From Sphingomonas sp. (GTDB lineage Bacteria > Pseudomonadota > Alphaproteobacteria > Sphingomonadales > Sphingomonadaceae): DNA of 64,000 nucleotides. Positions 19,318 to 29,969 of the stretch are shown in pieces. The translations under genes were made by a program, and so were the position numbers. The DNA is taken from positions 1,483 through 65,482 of the forward strand of contig PAOI01000023.1 of assembly GCA_002707985.1 (NCBI GenBank), in the 5' to 3' direction. The notes under the pieces were generated by a model. The model was not told the origin of the DNA and ran no database searches. It was given only the letters and a program-made list of their open reading frames with translations. How positions within the stretch are numbered: position 1 is the stretch's first letter; the number at the start of each line of letters is the position of its first letter.

Positions 19318-20355
19318 ATGAAGCTCACATTTGATCTGCTGCGCCGTCATGCGCGCGATCTGGGTGCGGCGCTGGGCGTCGCGCTGATCGCTGTGGTTTC
19401 GGTTGCTGCGCAGACCGGTTCGGGCACGCAGAGCTGGTCGCTGCCCGAGCATCAGGGCGATTTCCCCCGCATGCTCGTTGGCAAGAGCCCGACGGAAGTT
19501 GCCGCCAGCCTCGATCGCGGTCCGCAGATGGAAACCGGCCGCTCGCCGCAATGGTATCTTGGCCAGCATCGCAAGATGGCGCAGGCGCTTGGCGCGCTGC
19601 AGGCTGGGCAGCCGGGGCGCGTCGATGCGTTCGTGGTCGCGGTGGGGCTCGACAGCGATCCGGTATTCGGGCGCGAAACGCGCGAGGCGGGCAAGGTGCT
19701 CGAACGGCGCTATAATGCCGCAGGGCGCACGATCGTTCTCGCCGGAACCGATGGCAGCGGGCCGAGCGACTTGCCCAACGGATCGCCTGAGTCCCTGGCC
19801 GAAGCACTCGCGCGCATCGCCGAGCTGATGCAGCCAGAGGATGTGCTGGTGCTCTATTCTACCAGCCATGGCGGCGCGCGGATCGGGCTGGTCTATCATG
19901 ACGGTGACGAAGGGTTCGGGTTCATTTCGCCCGCGCGGCTGAAAGCGATGCTGGATGATCTGGGCATCCGCAACCGCCTGCTGATCCTCAGCGCCTGTTA
20001 TTCGGGGCAGTTCGTCGCTGCGCTTGCCAGCGATACCACGGCGCTGTTCACGGCCGCTTCGGCCGACCGCCCTTCCTTCGGTTGCATGTCGGAGAATGAC
20101 TGGACCTTTTTCGGCGACGCGCTGATCAACCATGCGATGCGCCAGCCGGTGCCGCTGGCCGACGCGGTACTGGAGGCGCAGCGGATGATCGCGCGGTGGG
20201 AATCGGGCGCGCATCTCAACGCATCGAACCCGCAGACCAGCATCGGCGCCAAGGTGCGCCAGTGGCTCGATCCGCTGGAAGCGCAAATGCCGCAAAGCGC
20301 GACCGATCCGGTCGGCAAGCCCGCCACGGCGGCGCTCGAAAACATGCAGCATTAG
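19318..20355 (+). CDS. Secreted C13-family (legumain-like) cysteine peptidase
   Basis: Signal peptide; LYSTSHG (His) and ILSACYSG (Cys) dyad; ADRPSFGC. Confidence 0.88.
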   Translation: MKLTFDLLRRHARDLGAALGVALIAVVSVAAQTGSGTQSWSLPEHQGDFPRMLVGKSPTEVAASLDRGPQMETGRSPQWYLGQHRKMAQALGALQAGQPGRVDAFVVAVGLDSDPVFGRETREAGKVLERRYNAAGRTIVLAGTDGSGPSDLPNGSPESLAEALARIAELMQPEDVLVLYSTSHGGARIGLVYHDGDEGFGFISPARLKAMLDDLGIRNRLLILSACYSGQFVAALASDTTALFTAASADRPSFGCMSENDWTFFGDALINHAMRQPVPLADAVLEAQRMIARWESGAHLNASNPQTSIGAKVRQWLDPLEAQMPQSATDPVGKPATAALENMQH

Positions 20356-20367
20356 GGGGCGAGGGCC

Positions 20368-21294
20368 ATGGCCGGAAGTATCGAATTGCCCGAATTGCCG
20401 AGCTGGCTGAAGGACAGTTTCTCGAACAAGCTGGTGCGGATCGGGCTGGGGGTGATGATCGCGCTCGGCCTTGCGGTCGTGGTGCGCCGCATGCTGGAAA
20501 AGCGCGAGGCGAAGCGCCAGGCCCTGTCCGCCACCGCCGAGCCGGAGCTGCTGCACAACGATACGGCGCAGCCGATGGCGGCCTGGACCGCGCCTGCGCT
20601 GGCAGCGCCCGAGGCGGCACCGGAAACGGCATCGACGGAACCTGTACCGCTTCAGACGGTTGCGCCCGGTATGAACGATCCCGTCCCGCCCGCCGCGCCC
20701 GCATCGCCGCCGCCCGCACCGATGTCGCAGGAAAGCCGCGCGCGGCTCTATCCGCTGCTCGCCCGCCCGCACATCCATCTGTCCGGCCCGGTCGATCAGG
20801 CCATGTACGCCAGCTTCCGCGACCAGCTGAAGGAAGCGCCGAAGGAAGGGACGCTGGTCGTCGCCATCTCGACGCTGGGCGGCGATCCCGAAGTCGCCCG
20901 GCTGATGGGCGATGAAATCCGGCTGATGCGCGAATATCAGCAGCGCGAGATCCTGTTTCTCGGCAAGGTTGCGGTCTATTCCGCCGGCGCCACGTTCATG
21001 GCCGCCTTCTCGGTCGACAAGCGTTTCCTGACCAAGGGGACGCGGATCATGATCCACGAACGGCTGATGACCAGCACGATCAACCTGTCCGGCCCGCTCA
21101 AGACGCTGACCGCGACCTTGCGCGCCAAGCTCCACGAAATCGAACATAGCGTGGCGATCGAGGAAGAGGGATTCCGCGATCTGGTCGCCGGGTCCGAAAT
21201 CGCGTTCGAGGAAGTGTGCAAGCGCGCGCCGGAGAACTGGTATATCGAAGCGGGCGAAGCGCGCGACCGAGGGCTGGTGCTCGACGTGATCTGA
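20368..21294 (+). CDS. Membrane-anchored ClpP-like (S14) protease
   Basis: N-terminal TM, Pro/Ala linker, ISTLGG, VYSAG (Ser), IMIHE (His), EARDRGLV. Confidence 0.75.
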   Translation: MAGSIELPELPSWLKDSFSNKLVRIGLGVMIALGLAVVVRRMLEKREAKRQALSATAEPELLHNDTAQPMAAWTAPALAAPEAAPETASTEPVPLQTVAPGMNDPVPPAAPASPPPAPMSQESRARLYPLLARPHIHLSGPVDQAMYASFRDQLKEAPKEGTLVVAISTLGGDPEVARLMGDEIRLMREYQQREILFLGKVAVYSAGATFMAAFSVDKRFLTKGTRIMIHERLMTSTINLSGPLKTLTATLRAKLHEIEHSVAIEEEGFRDLVAGSEIAFEEVCKRAPENWYIEAGEARDRGLVLDVI

Positions 21295-21406
21295 CGCATC
21301 GGGCGCTCCGCGATGTTGCGGCGCGCCATTGCGTTTGCGACACGGCCCCTGCTTGTGTATCGGTCGCCACGCGCGCCCGACGTGGTGATCCGGAGACGAG
21401 AGAAAG

Positions 21407-22189
21407 ATGGCCGAATTCTTCCTGCCCAAGAACAGCAAGATCCAGTCGGGCACGAGCCATTCCGCGCCCGAAGGGGCAAAGCGGATCAAGAAGTTCAAAA
21501 TCTATCGTTACGATCCCGACTCGGGCAAGAATCCGCGCTATGACAGCTATGCGATCGATCTCGACGATTGCGGTCCGATGGTTCTCGACGCGCTGATCAA
21601 GATCAAGTCGGAACAGGATCCCACGCTCACCTTCCGCCGTTCGTGCCGTGAGGGCATTTGCGGATCGTGCGCGATGAACATGGGCGGCCGCAACGGCCTT
21701 GCCTGCACCACGGCGATGGCGGACATTCCCGGCGAAATCCGCATCACGCCGCTGCCGCATATGGACGTGATCAAGGATCTGGTCCCCGATTTCACGCATT
21801 TCTATGCGCAATATGCCTCGATCAAGCCGTGGCTGCAGACGGTGTCGACGACGCCGTCGGGCAAGGAACGGCTCCAGTCGCCCGAACAGCGCGAACAGCT
21901 TGACGGCCTTTACGAGTGCATCCTGTGCGCCTGCTGCTCGACCAGCTGCCCCAGCTATTGGTGGAACAATGACAAGTTCCTCGGCCCGGCGATCCTGCTT
22001 CAGGCCTATCGCTGGCTCGCCGACAGCCGCGACGAAGCCACCGGCGAGCGGCTCGACGCGCTGGAAGATCCCTTCCGCCTCTATCGCTGCCACACGATCA
22101 TGAACTGCGCGAATGTCTGTCCCAAGGGTCTCAACCCGGCCAAGGCGATCGCGGAGATCAAGAAGATGGAAGCCGAACGCCTGGTCTGA
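21407..22189 (+). CDS. sdhB: Succinate dehydrogenase iron-sulfur subunit
   Basis: [34 protein letters not shown]. Confidence 0.98.
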   Translation: MAEFFLPKNSKIQSGTSHSAPEGAKRIKKFKIYRYDPDSGKNPRYDSYAIDLDDCGPMVLDALIKIKSEQDPTLTFRRSCREGICGSCAMNMGGRNGLACTTAMADIPGEIRITPLPHMDVIKDLVPDFTHFYAQYASIKPWLQTVSTTPSGKERLQSPEQREQLDGLYECILCACCSTSCPSYWWNNDKFLGPAILLQAYRWLADSRDEATGERLDALEDPFRLYRCHTIMNCANVCPKGLNPAKAIAEIKKMEAERLV

Positions 22190-22200
22190 CCAGACGAGGC

Positions 22201-22665
22201 ATGGCGATGGGCGAAAGCATCGAGAGCTATTTCCGGTACGAGGATGACCCCGATCTTCCCGGCTGGAAACGGTGGGAACTGACGCGGCCCGGCCTGTTCA
22301 ATCAATTTATCGGGCCGATACATGTCCGCCCTGATGACGGGATGGTGCGCGTGCGGATGATGCCGCGCTCCGAACATGGCAATCTGCGCGGCGATATCCA
22401 TGGCGGAGCGCTGATGGGCTTTCTCGACCTCGCCCTGTTTGCTGCGGCGCGCGGCTTCGGGATCATAACCGCCGGCCCTGCTGCTACTGTCGAGATGTCG
22501 ACTCAGTTCATCGGCGGCGCTGCGCTCGACCGGCCGGTGGAAGCGCATATCGAATTGCTGCGCGAAACAGGGCGCTTCCTGTTCCTGCGCGGTCTGGTCG
22601 ATCAGGATGGCGAGACGGTCGCCAGCTTTTCGGCGCTGATCCGCAAGCCTTCACAGCCGCGATGA
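22201..22665 (+). CDS. PaaI-family thioesterase
   Basis: NLRGDIHGGALMGFLD hot-dog fold motif. Confidence 0.85.
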   Translation: MAMGESIESYFRYEDDPDLPGWKRWELTRPGLFNQFIGPIHVRPDDGMVRVRMMPRSEHGNLRGDIHGGALMGFLDLALFAAARGFGIITAGPAATVEMSTQFIGGAALDRPVEAHIELLRETGRFLFLRGLVDQDGETVASFSALIRKPSQPR

Positions 22666-23777
22666 CCGGCGTTCTCACGCGATATGAGGCGCTGGTCGCC
22701 GCAGGCGAACTGCGCCCCGATGCCGAACAGGCGGCTGCCGCGCATCGGCTCGACAAGCTGTCGCACGAACTGGAGCGCGGACCGCGCAAGGGCAGCGTGC
22801 TGTGGCGGATCGCCGGCGGGCGCAAGGAGCCGGCACCGCGCGGCGTCTATATGTGGGGTGGGGTCGGTCGCGGCAAATCGATGCTGATGGACCTGTTCAC
22901 CGGCTGCCTGAAGATCGACCGCAAGCGCCGCGTCCATTTCCACGAATTCATGCTCGAAGTGCACGAGGCGCTTGAGGTGCAGCGGCGCAAGGCGGCCGAC
23001 AAGCCCGTTGCCCGCGTCGCTGCGGAGATCGCAGCCGATTTGCGCGTGCTCGCCTTTGACGAAATGGTGGTGAACAACCCCGCCGACGCCATGATCCTGT
23101 CGCGGCTGTTCACTGAGCTGATGGCCCTTGGCATTACCGTGGTCGCGACGTCGAATCGCCCGCCGCGTGACCTGTACAAGGACGGGATCAACCGGTCGCT
23201 GTTCCTGCCCTTCATCGAATTGATCGAGACGCAGATGGACGTGCTCGAACTCAACGGGCCGACCGATTATCGGCTGGCGCGGCTGGGCAGCATGGATACC
23301 TGGCTGACCCCCAACGGTCCCGCAGCGACGCAAGCGCTGTCGGACGCCTTTTTCCGGCTGACAGACTATTCTGTCGAGGATCGCGCCAAAGTGCCGTCGG
23401 AGGAAATCGACGTGCCGGGCGGGCGCACGCTGTTCGTGCCCAAAAGCCTGAAGGGCGTCGCGGTCTTCTCGTTCAAGCGCCTGTGCGGGGAAGCGCGCGG
23501 CGCGCCCGATTATCTGGCGATCGCACGGCGTTTCCATACGGTCATCATCGTCGGCATTCCGAAGCTTGGTCCGGAGAACCGCAACGAGGCCGCGCGCTTT
23601 GTCACGCTGATCGATGCGCTCTACGAACATAAGGTCAAGCTGCTTGCTGCAGCCGATGCCGATCCCGATGACCTGTATGTCGCAGGCGATGGTGCCTTCG
23701 AATTCGAGCGCACCGCCAGCCGCATCCACGAAATGGGATCGGACGAATATCTGGCGCAGGGACATGGCGAGGGCTAG
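22662..23777 (+). CDS. zapE: AFG1-family ATPase ZapE
   Basis: YMWGGVGRGKSMLMD, FDEM, ATSNRPP, FERTASR. Confidence 0.93.
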   Translation: MTGVLTRYEALVAAGELRPDAEQAAAAHRLDKLSHELERGPRKGSVLWRIAGGRKEPAPRGVYMWGGVGRGKSMLMDLFTGCLKIDRKRRVHFHEFMLEVHEALEVQRRKAADKPVARVAAEIAADLRVLAFDEMVVNNPADAMILSRLFTELMALGITVVATSNRPPRDLYKDGINRSLFLPFIELIETQMDVLELNGPTDYRLARLGSMDTWLTPNGPAATQALSDAFFRLTDYSVEDRAKVPSEEIDVPGGRTLFVPKSLKGVAVFSFKRLCGEARGAPDYLAIARRFHTVIIVGIPKLGPENRNEAARFVTLIDALYEHKVKLLAAADADPDDLYVAGDGAFEFERTASRIHEMGSDEYLAQGHGEG

Positions 23778-23786
23778 CGTAGGGTC

Positions 23787-24356
23787 ATGATACCATATTT
23801 TGCTCTGGCGCTGCTACCTCTCCTGGCACCCTCTCCGGTCGACCCCGACACTCGGCTCGACGTGACGCTCGCGGCGTTTGACGCGCAATGCGCTCTGCTG
23901 GACAGCGTGGACGGACTTGCGGCACGCGCAGAAACTGCGGAATGGGCCGCCTTCACGCCCGACGCGGATAGTTCGGCAGGCAAGCTGCTGACGATAACGC
24001 AGAACGCTGCCGAGAAATCCGGAGTCGCGCTGGACGCGCGCACGTTTCGAAACGTCGCCGCCTATGGCGATCGCGTGTTGTTTCTCGCGCAGGTCAGTGC
24101 CACGGCGGGAGCCGGATCGGTCGAGTGCCGGATACTCGATGAAACGGGCAGCGCGCCCGATGTAGAAGCGCTGACACAATGGGCCGGACGTGCTCCGCAG
24201 GTGCGCACACTGCCTTCTGGCGCGGCAAGCTGGTTCTGGCCGGGCGGTGTCCGGGTCGATGCGAATTTTACGGTCGCATTGCATGTCGAGCCCGGCACGT
24301 CAGCGGCGCAGGGCGGTGTTGGCCTTCAGATTGCCAGCGCCCGGGTCACGCGTTGA
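23787..24356 (+). CDS. Hypothetical exported protein
   Basis: Signal peptide-like N-terminus; fills the zapE-mdh gap; no family recognised. Confidence 0.6.
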   Translation: MIPYFALALLPLLAPSPVDPDTRLDVTLAAFDAQCALLDSVDGLAARAETAEWAAFTPDADSSAGKLLTITQNAAEKSGVALDARTFRNVAAYGDRVLFLAQVSATAGAGSVECRILDETGSAPDVEALTQWAGRAPQVRTLPSGAASWFWPGGVRVDANFTVALHVEPGTSAAQGGVGLQIASARVTR

Positions 24357-24371
24357 CTTCGCTTATTGCAG

Positions 24372-24388
24372 TTGCGAATTAGTTGCAA
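24372..24388. promoter_or_regulatory. Putative alphaproteobacterial Fur-type box upstream of mdh
   Basis: TTGCGAATTAGTTGCAA imperfect palindrome (TGCGA-N5-TTGCA) in an AT-rich patch. Confidence 0.5.
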
Positions 24389-24480
24389 AGATAATGTCTT
24401 GCGACGGTGGATCGCGGGTTGCGGCGACCCTATAAAGGGCCTAAGCCGCCGTCGCTTCCGTGCGCGGGAGAATTTTCTGA

Positions 24481-25503
<1,023 letters not shown>

Positions 25504-25521
25504 AAGCAATCCGCGCCCAGC

Positions 25522-25551
25522 CGTCACCCCGGCGTAGGCCGGGGTCCAGTT
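25522..25551 (+). repeat. Left CGTC-tagged REP-like hairpin
   Basis: CGTC-ACCCCGGC-GTAG-GCCGGGGT-CCAGTT: 8-bp stem, 4-nt loop. Confidence 0.9.
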
Positions 25552-25591
25552 CGACGTCGGAACTGGGCAAGGTGTCGGAAGGGTCGGAGAA

Positions 25592-25882
25592 ATGGAGAAG
25601 CGCGGCTACGTCTACATCATGGCCAGCGGACGCAACGGAACGCTGTACATCGGAGTGACGAGCGACTTGGTGAAACGGGCATGGCAGCACCACGAAGGTG
25701 CGATCGAAGGCTTCACCAAACGCTATGGCTGCAAACATTTGGTCTGGTTCGAGGTCCATGATCGCATTGATTCCGCGATCCGACGAGAGAAGCAGATGAA
25801 GGAGTGGCGGCGGGCCTGGAAATTACGCGAGATCGAGGAGATGAACCCCGACTGGCACGATCTCTTCCCGACGCTGATGTAA
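25592..25882 (+). CDS. Stand-alone GIY-YIG nuclease (96 aa)
   Basis: GYVYIMAS...TLYIGVT..LVKR..QH...FTKRY...[21 protein letters not shown]; GGAGA RBS. Confidence 0.93.
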   Translation: MEKRGYVYIMASGRNGTLYIGVTSDLVKRAWQHHEGAIEGFTKRYGCKHLVWFEVHDRIDSAIRREKQMKEWRRAWKLREIEEMNPDWHDLFPTLM

Positions 25883-25911
25883 ACTGGACCCCGGCCTACG
25901 CCGGGGTGACG
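25882..25911 (-). repeat. Right CGTC-tagged REP-like hairpin
   Basis: AACTGGACCCCGGCCTACGCCGGGGTGACG, exact reverse complement of the left arm; begins at the last base of the nuclease stop codon. Confidence 0.9.
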
Positions 25912-25932
25912 ACTGAAAGGAATGGCTGGCGG

Positions 25933-26817
25933 ATGAGCATTCTCGTCGACAAGAATACCAAGGTCATCACGCAGGGCATGACCGGCGCGACCGGTCAGTT
26001 CCACACCCAGGCGGCGCTCGATTACGGCACGCAGATGGTGGCGGGTGTGACCCCGGGTAAGGGCGGTGAGACCTGCCTCGGCCTGCCGGTCTATGACACG
26101 GTTGCCGAAGCGAAGGACAAGACCGGCGCCGATGCGTCGGTGATCTATGTGCCGCCGCCCTTTGCCGCGGATTCGATCCTTGAGGCGATCGACGCGGAAA
26201 TTCCGCTGATCGTGTGCATCACCGAAGGCATTCCGGTGCTCGACATGGTCAAGGTGAAGCGTTCGCTTTCGGGTTCGAAGTCGCGCCTGATCGGCCCGAA
26301 CTGCCCGGGCGTGCTGACGCCGGGCGAGTGCAAGATCGGCATCATGCCGGGCAACATCTTTTCCAAGGGATCGGTCGGCGTGGTGTCGCGCTCGGGCACG
26401 CTTACCTATGAAGCGGTGTTCCAGACGACCAATGCGGGCCTGGGCCAGACCACGGCTGTCGGCATCGGCGGCGATCCGGTCAACGGCACCAACTTCATCG
26501 ACGTGCTCGAGAAATTCCTCGCGGACGACGAAACCAAGTCGATCATCATGATCGGCGAAATCGGCGGCAGCGCCGAAGAAGAAGCCGCGCAGTTCCTGAA
26601 GGACGAAGCCAAAAAGGGCCGCAAGAAGCCGATGGTCGGCTTCATCGCGGGCCGCACGGCGCCTCCGGGCCGTCGCATGGGCCATGCCGGTGCGATCGTT
26701 TCGGGCGGCCAGGGCGGCGCCGAAGACAAGATCGCGGCGATGGAGGAAGCGGGCATTCGCGTTTCGCCGTCGCCCTCGTTGCTCGGCGAGACACTGGTCG
26801 AAGTCCTGAAGGGCTGA
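25933..26817 (+). CDS. sucD: Succinyl-CoA ligase alpha subunit
   Basis: [30 protein letters not shown]. Start at ATG 25933. Confidence 0.97.
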   Translation: MSILVDKNTKVITQGMTGATGQFHTQAALDYGTQMVAGVTPGKGGETCLGLPVYDTVAEAKDKTGADASVIYVPPPFAADSILEAIDAEIPLIVCITEGIPVLDMVKVKRSLSGSKSRLIGPNCPGVLTPGECKIGIMPGNIFSKGSVGVVSRSGTLTYEAVFQTTNAGLGQTTAVGIGGDPVNGTNFIDVLEKFLADDETKSIIMIGEIGGSAEEEAAQFLKDEAKKGRKKPMVGFIAGRTAPPGRRMGHAGAIVSGGQGGAEDKIAAMEEAGIRVSPSPSLLGETLVEVLKG

Positions 26818-26823
26818 ACCAAA

Positions 26824-26860
26824 TCCCCTCCTTCCGGGTTTGCCCGGGGGAGGGACTTTA
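26824..26860 (+). terminator. Stem-loop after sucD
   Basis: CCTCCTTCCGGG...CCCGGGGGAGG stem (with GU pairs) followed by gacttt. Confidence 0.45.
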
Positions 26861-27034
26861 ACGAACGGGCGTTAAACCATCCGTTCGTTGCCGTGATCAG
26901 ATGGGCCGGGGGATGGCGTGCGCCGTTCCGTGCCTGGCCATGCTGACATCGGCTGTTGCCGTTTCCGGATGCGCCGGAACCGGCGTTCCGCAAACTTCTC
27001 CCGATGCGGGAGAAGGAGGCAGGGAAGAGTGACA

Positions 27035-29965
27035 ATGGGCTACGAAGGCCTGGATTTCGCAGATATCGCCGGTGGGGTGAGCCCCGCCTTTGTCGAGACG
27101 CTCTATGCCAAGTTCAAAGCCGATCCCGCATCGGTCGAACCGGGCTGGCGCGAATGGTTCGACGGGCTGGAAACCGCCGTTTCGGGACCGAGCTGGAAGC
27201 GCAGCAACTGGCCGCTGAGCGATACCGACGCGCTGACCGCCGCGCTCGATCCGACGCAGATGGAGCCTGCGCCCAAGCCGGCCAAGGGCGGCAAGCCCGC
27301 AGCTGCGCCTGCCGCAGCGCCGTCTGTCGATGCCGTGAAACAGGCTGCAGGCGATTCGATCCGCGCGATGATGCTGATCCGCACCTATCGGGTGCGCGGG
27401 CATCTGGCGGCAAATCTCGATCCGCTGGGCCTCCACCATTCGGAAATGCCCGAGGATCTGAAGACCGAATATCACGGCTTCCCCGACAGCGATATCGACC
27501 GTCCGGTCTATCTCGGCGGTGCGCTGGGCCTTGAAAGTGCGACGATCCGCGAACTCGTCAACATCCTGCGCGCCAATTACTGCGGGAATGTCGGCCTCGA
27601 ATATATGCACATTGCCGACGTCGAGGAGCGCCGCTTCCTCCAGGAGCGGATGGAAGGCCGCGACAAGGCGATCGAGTTCACTCAGAACGGCAAGAAGGCT
27701 ATTCTGAACAAGGTGATCGAAGCGGAGGAATGGGAGAAATTCCTCGGTCGCAAATATGTCGGTACCAAGCGTTTCGGCCTCGACGGCGGCGAAGCTATGA
27801 TCCCGGCGATGGAAGCGATAATCAAATATGGCGGCCAATATGGCGTGCGCGAAATCGTGTACGGCATGGCGCATCGCGGCCGGCTGAACATGCTCGCCAA
27901 TGTGATGGGCAAGCCCTATCGCGTGATTTTCCACGAATTTGCCGGCGGTTCGGCGAACCCGGACGATGTCGGCGGTTCGGGCGACGTCAAATATCACCTG
28001 GGCACCAGCACCGATCGCGAGTTTGACGGGATCAGCGTCCACATGTCGCTGGTCGCCAATCCCTCGCATCTGGAAGCAGTCGATCCGGTCGTGCTGGGCA
28101 AGGTCCGCGCGCTGCAGACGATGCGCAACGATCTGGAGGCGCACGAGGAAGTGTTGCCGGTGCTGCTGCACGGCGACGCCGCTTTCGCCGGGCAGGGGAT
28201 CGTATGGGAGACGCTCGGCTTCTCCGGCATTCGCGGGTATAATACCGGCGGCTGCATCCATTTCGTGATCAACAACCAGATCGGCTTTACGACGAGCCCG
28301 CAATTCGCGCGCTCCTCGCCCTATCCGTCGGACGTGGCAAAGGGTGTCCAGGCGCCGATTTTCCATGTGAACGGCGATGATCCCGAAGCGGTCACCTTCG
28401 CCTGCAAGATGGCGATCGAGTTCCGCCAGCGGTTCAAGCGCGACATCGTCATCGACATGTGGTGCTATCGCCGCTTCGGCCATAACGAAGGCGACGAACC
28501 GAGCTTCACCCAGCCGCTGATGTATGCGGCGATCAAGAAGCATCCGCCGGTCAGCCGTATCTATGGCAAGCGCCTTCAGGACGAAGGCGTCATCGACGGC
28601 GATTTCATCGATGCGACGACGAAGAGCTTTACCGAACTGCTCGAAGGCGAATTCGACGCCGGCAAATCCTATCTGCCCAACAAGGCGGACTGGTTCGGTG
28701 GTCGCTGGAGCGGCCTCGGCGCGCCGGTGGATCCGGAAAATGCGCGCCGCAACATCGAAACCGGCATCGACAAGAAGCTGTTCGATTCGCTCGGTCGCAC
28801 GCTGACCGAAGTCCCCGAGGGCCTGACGATCCACAAGACGCTGAGTCGCGTGATCGAAGCCAAGAAGGCGATGTTCGACACGGGCGAGAATTTCGACTGG
28901 GCCACCGGCGAGGCGCTCGCGTTCGGCGCGCTTCTGTCGGAAGGCTATGGCGTGCGCCTGTCGGGTCAGGATTCGGGTCGCGGCACCTTCAGCCAGCGGC
29001 ATGCGGTCTGGGTCGACCAGACCGACGAGCATAAATATGTGCCGCTCAACGAAATTCCGCACGGCCGTTTCGAAGTGCTCGACAGCCCGCTGTCCGAATA
29101 TGGTGTGCTGGGTTTCGAATATGGCTATGCGCTCGCCGACCCCAAGGCGCTGGTGCTGTGGGAGGCGCAGTTCGGCGATTTCGTCAACGGCGCGCAGATC
29201 ATGATCGACCAGTATATCGCGGCGGGCGAGGCCAAGTGGCTGCGCGCCAACGGTCTGGTGATGCTGTTGCCGCACGGATATGAAGGCATGGGGCCCGAGC
29301 ACAGCTCGGCACGCCCCGAACGCTTCCTGCAATTGTGCGCGCAGGACAATATGCAGGTTGCGAACTGCACCACTCCGGCCAATTATTTTCACCTGCTGCG
29401 CCGGCAGATGCACCGCAATTTCCGCAAGCCGCTGGTGCTGATGACGCCCAAGTCGCTGTTGCGGCACAAGATGGCGGTTTCCAGAGCGCAGGATTTCCAG
29501 GCCGACAGCCATTTCAAGCGCATCCTTTCGGATACCAATCCGGCTGCCGACAAGGATACGAAGCGACTGGTGCTCTGTACCGGCAAGGTCGCCTATGATC
29601 TGATCGAAGCGCGGGACGCGGCGGGCGACAAGAACACCCAGATCGTGCGCATCGAGCAGCTCTATCCCTTCCCCGGCGATCCGCTGGCCGTGCGCCTCGC
29701 GCGCATGACCAATCTCGAGGAAGTGATCTGGGCACAGGAAGAACCGAAAAATGGCGGCGCCTGGTTCTTCGTCGAGCCGCTGATCGAGGAGGCGCTGGCC
29801 AAGGCTGGCGTAAAGCCCAGGCGCGCCCAATATGCGGGCCGTCAAGCCTCGGCCTCGCCCGCTACCGGACTGATGAAGCGTCACCAGGCCGAACAGGCGG
29901 CGCTGGTCGCGCATGCGCTGGGCCATAATGTCCGCGAAGAAATCCGCCGAACCAAGGAAAGCTGA
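27035..29965 (+). CDS. sucA: 2-oxoglutarate dehydrogenase E1
   Basis: [35 protein letters not shown]. An in-frame GTG at 27029 is an alternative start. Confidence 0.97.
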   Translation: MGYEGLDFADIAGGVSPAFVETLYAKFKADPASVEPGWREWFDGLETAVSGPSWKRSNWPLSDTDALTAALDPTQMEPAPKPAKGGKPAAAPAAAPSVDAVKQAAGDSIRAMMLIRTYRVRGHLAANLDPLGLHHSEMPEDLKTEYHGFPDSDIDRPVYLGGALGLESATIRELVNILRANYCGNVGLEYMHIADVEERRFLQERMEGRDKAIEFTQNGKKAILNKVIEAEEWEKFLGRKYVGTKRFGLDGGEAMIPAMEAIIKYGGQYGVREIVYGMAHRGRLNMLANVMGKPYRVIFHEFAGGSANPDDVGGSGDVKYHLGTSTDREFDGISVHMSLVANPSHLEAVDPVVLGKVRALQTMRNDLEAHEEVLPVLLHGDAAFAGQGIVWETLGFSGIRGYNTGGCIHFVINNQIGFTTSPQFARSSPYPSDVAKGVQAPIFHVNGDDPEAVTFACKMAIEFRQRFKRDIVIDMWCYRRFGHNEGDEPSFTQPLMYAAIKKHPPVSRIYGKRLQDEGVIDGDFIDATTKSFTELLEGEFDAGKSYLPNKADWFGGRWSGLGAPVDPENARRNIETGIDKKLFDSLGRTLTEVPEGLTIHKTLSRVIEAKKAMFDTGENFDWATGEALAFGALLSEGYGVRLSGQDSGRGTFSQRHAVWVDQTDEHKYVPLNEIPHGRFEVLDSPLSEYGVLGFEYGYALADPKALVLWEAQFGDFVNGAQIMIDQYIAAGEAKWLRANGLVMLLPHGYEGMGPEHSSARPERFLQLCAQDNMQVANCTTPANYFHLLRRQMHRNFRKPLVLMTPKSLLRHKMAVSRAQDFQADSHFKRILSDTNPAADKDTKRLVLCTGKVAYDLIEARDAAGDKNTQIVRIEQLYPFPGDPLAVRLARMTNLEEVIWAQEEPKNGGAWFFVEPLIEEALAKAGVKPRRAQYAGRQASASPATGLMKRHQAEQAALVAHALGHNVREEIRRTKES

Positions 29966-29969
29966 TTCA

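Larger units (their letters stand above)
25518..25915. mobile_element. Putative mobile cassette: GIY-YIG nuclease gene enclosed by hairpin terminal inverted repeats
   Basis: 25522-25551 and 25882-25911 are exact reverse complements (30 bp; 33/34 when extended to 25518/25915). Mobility is inferred. Confidence 0.7.

Noticed and set aside
25804-25932. sucD N-terminal extension reading through the right repeat (WTPAYAGVT)
   Set aside because: Canonical SucD begins MSIL at 25933 with an upstream AAGGA; the extension is translation of the repeat.
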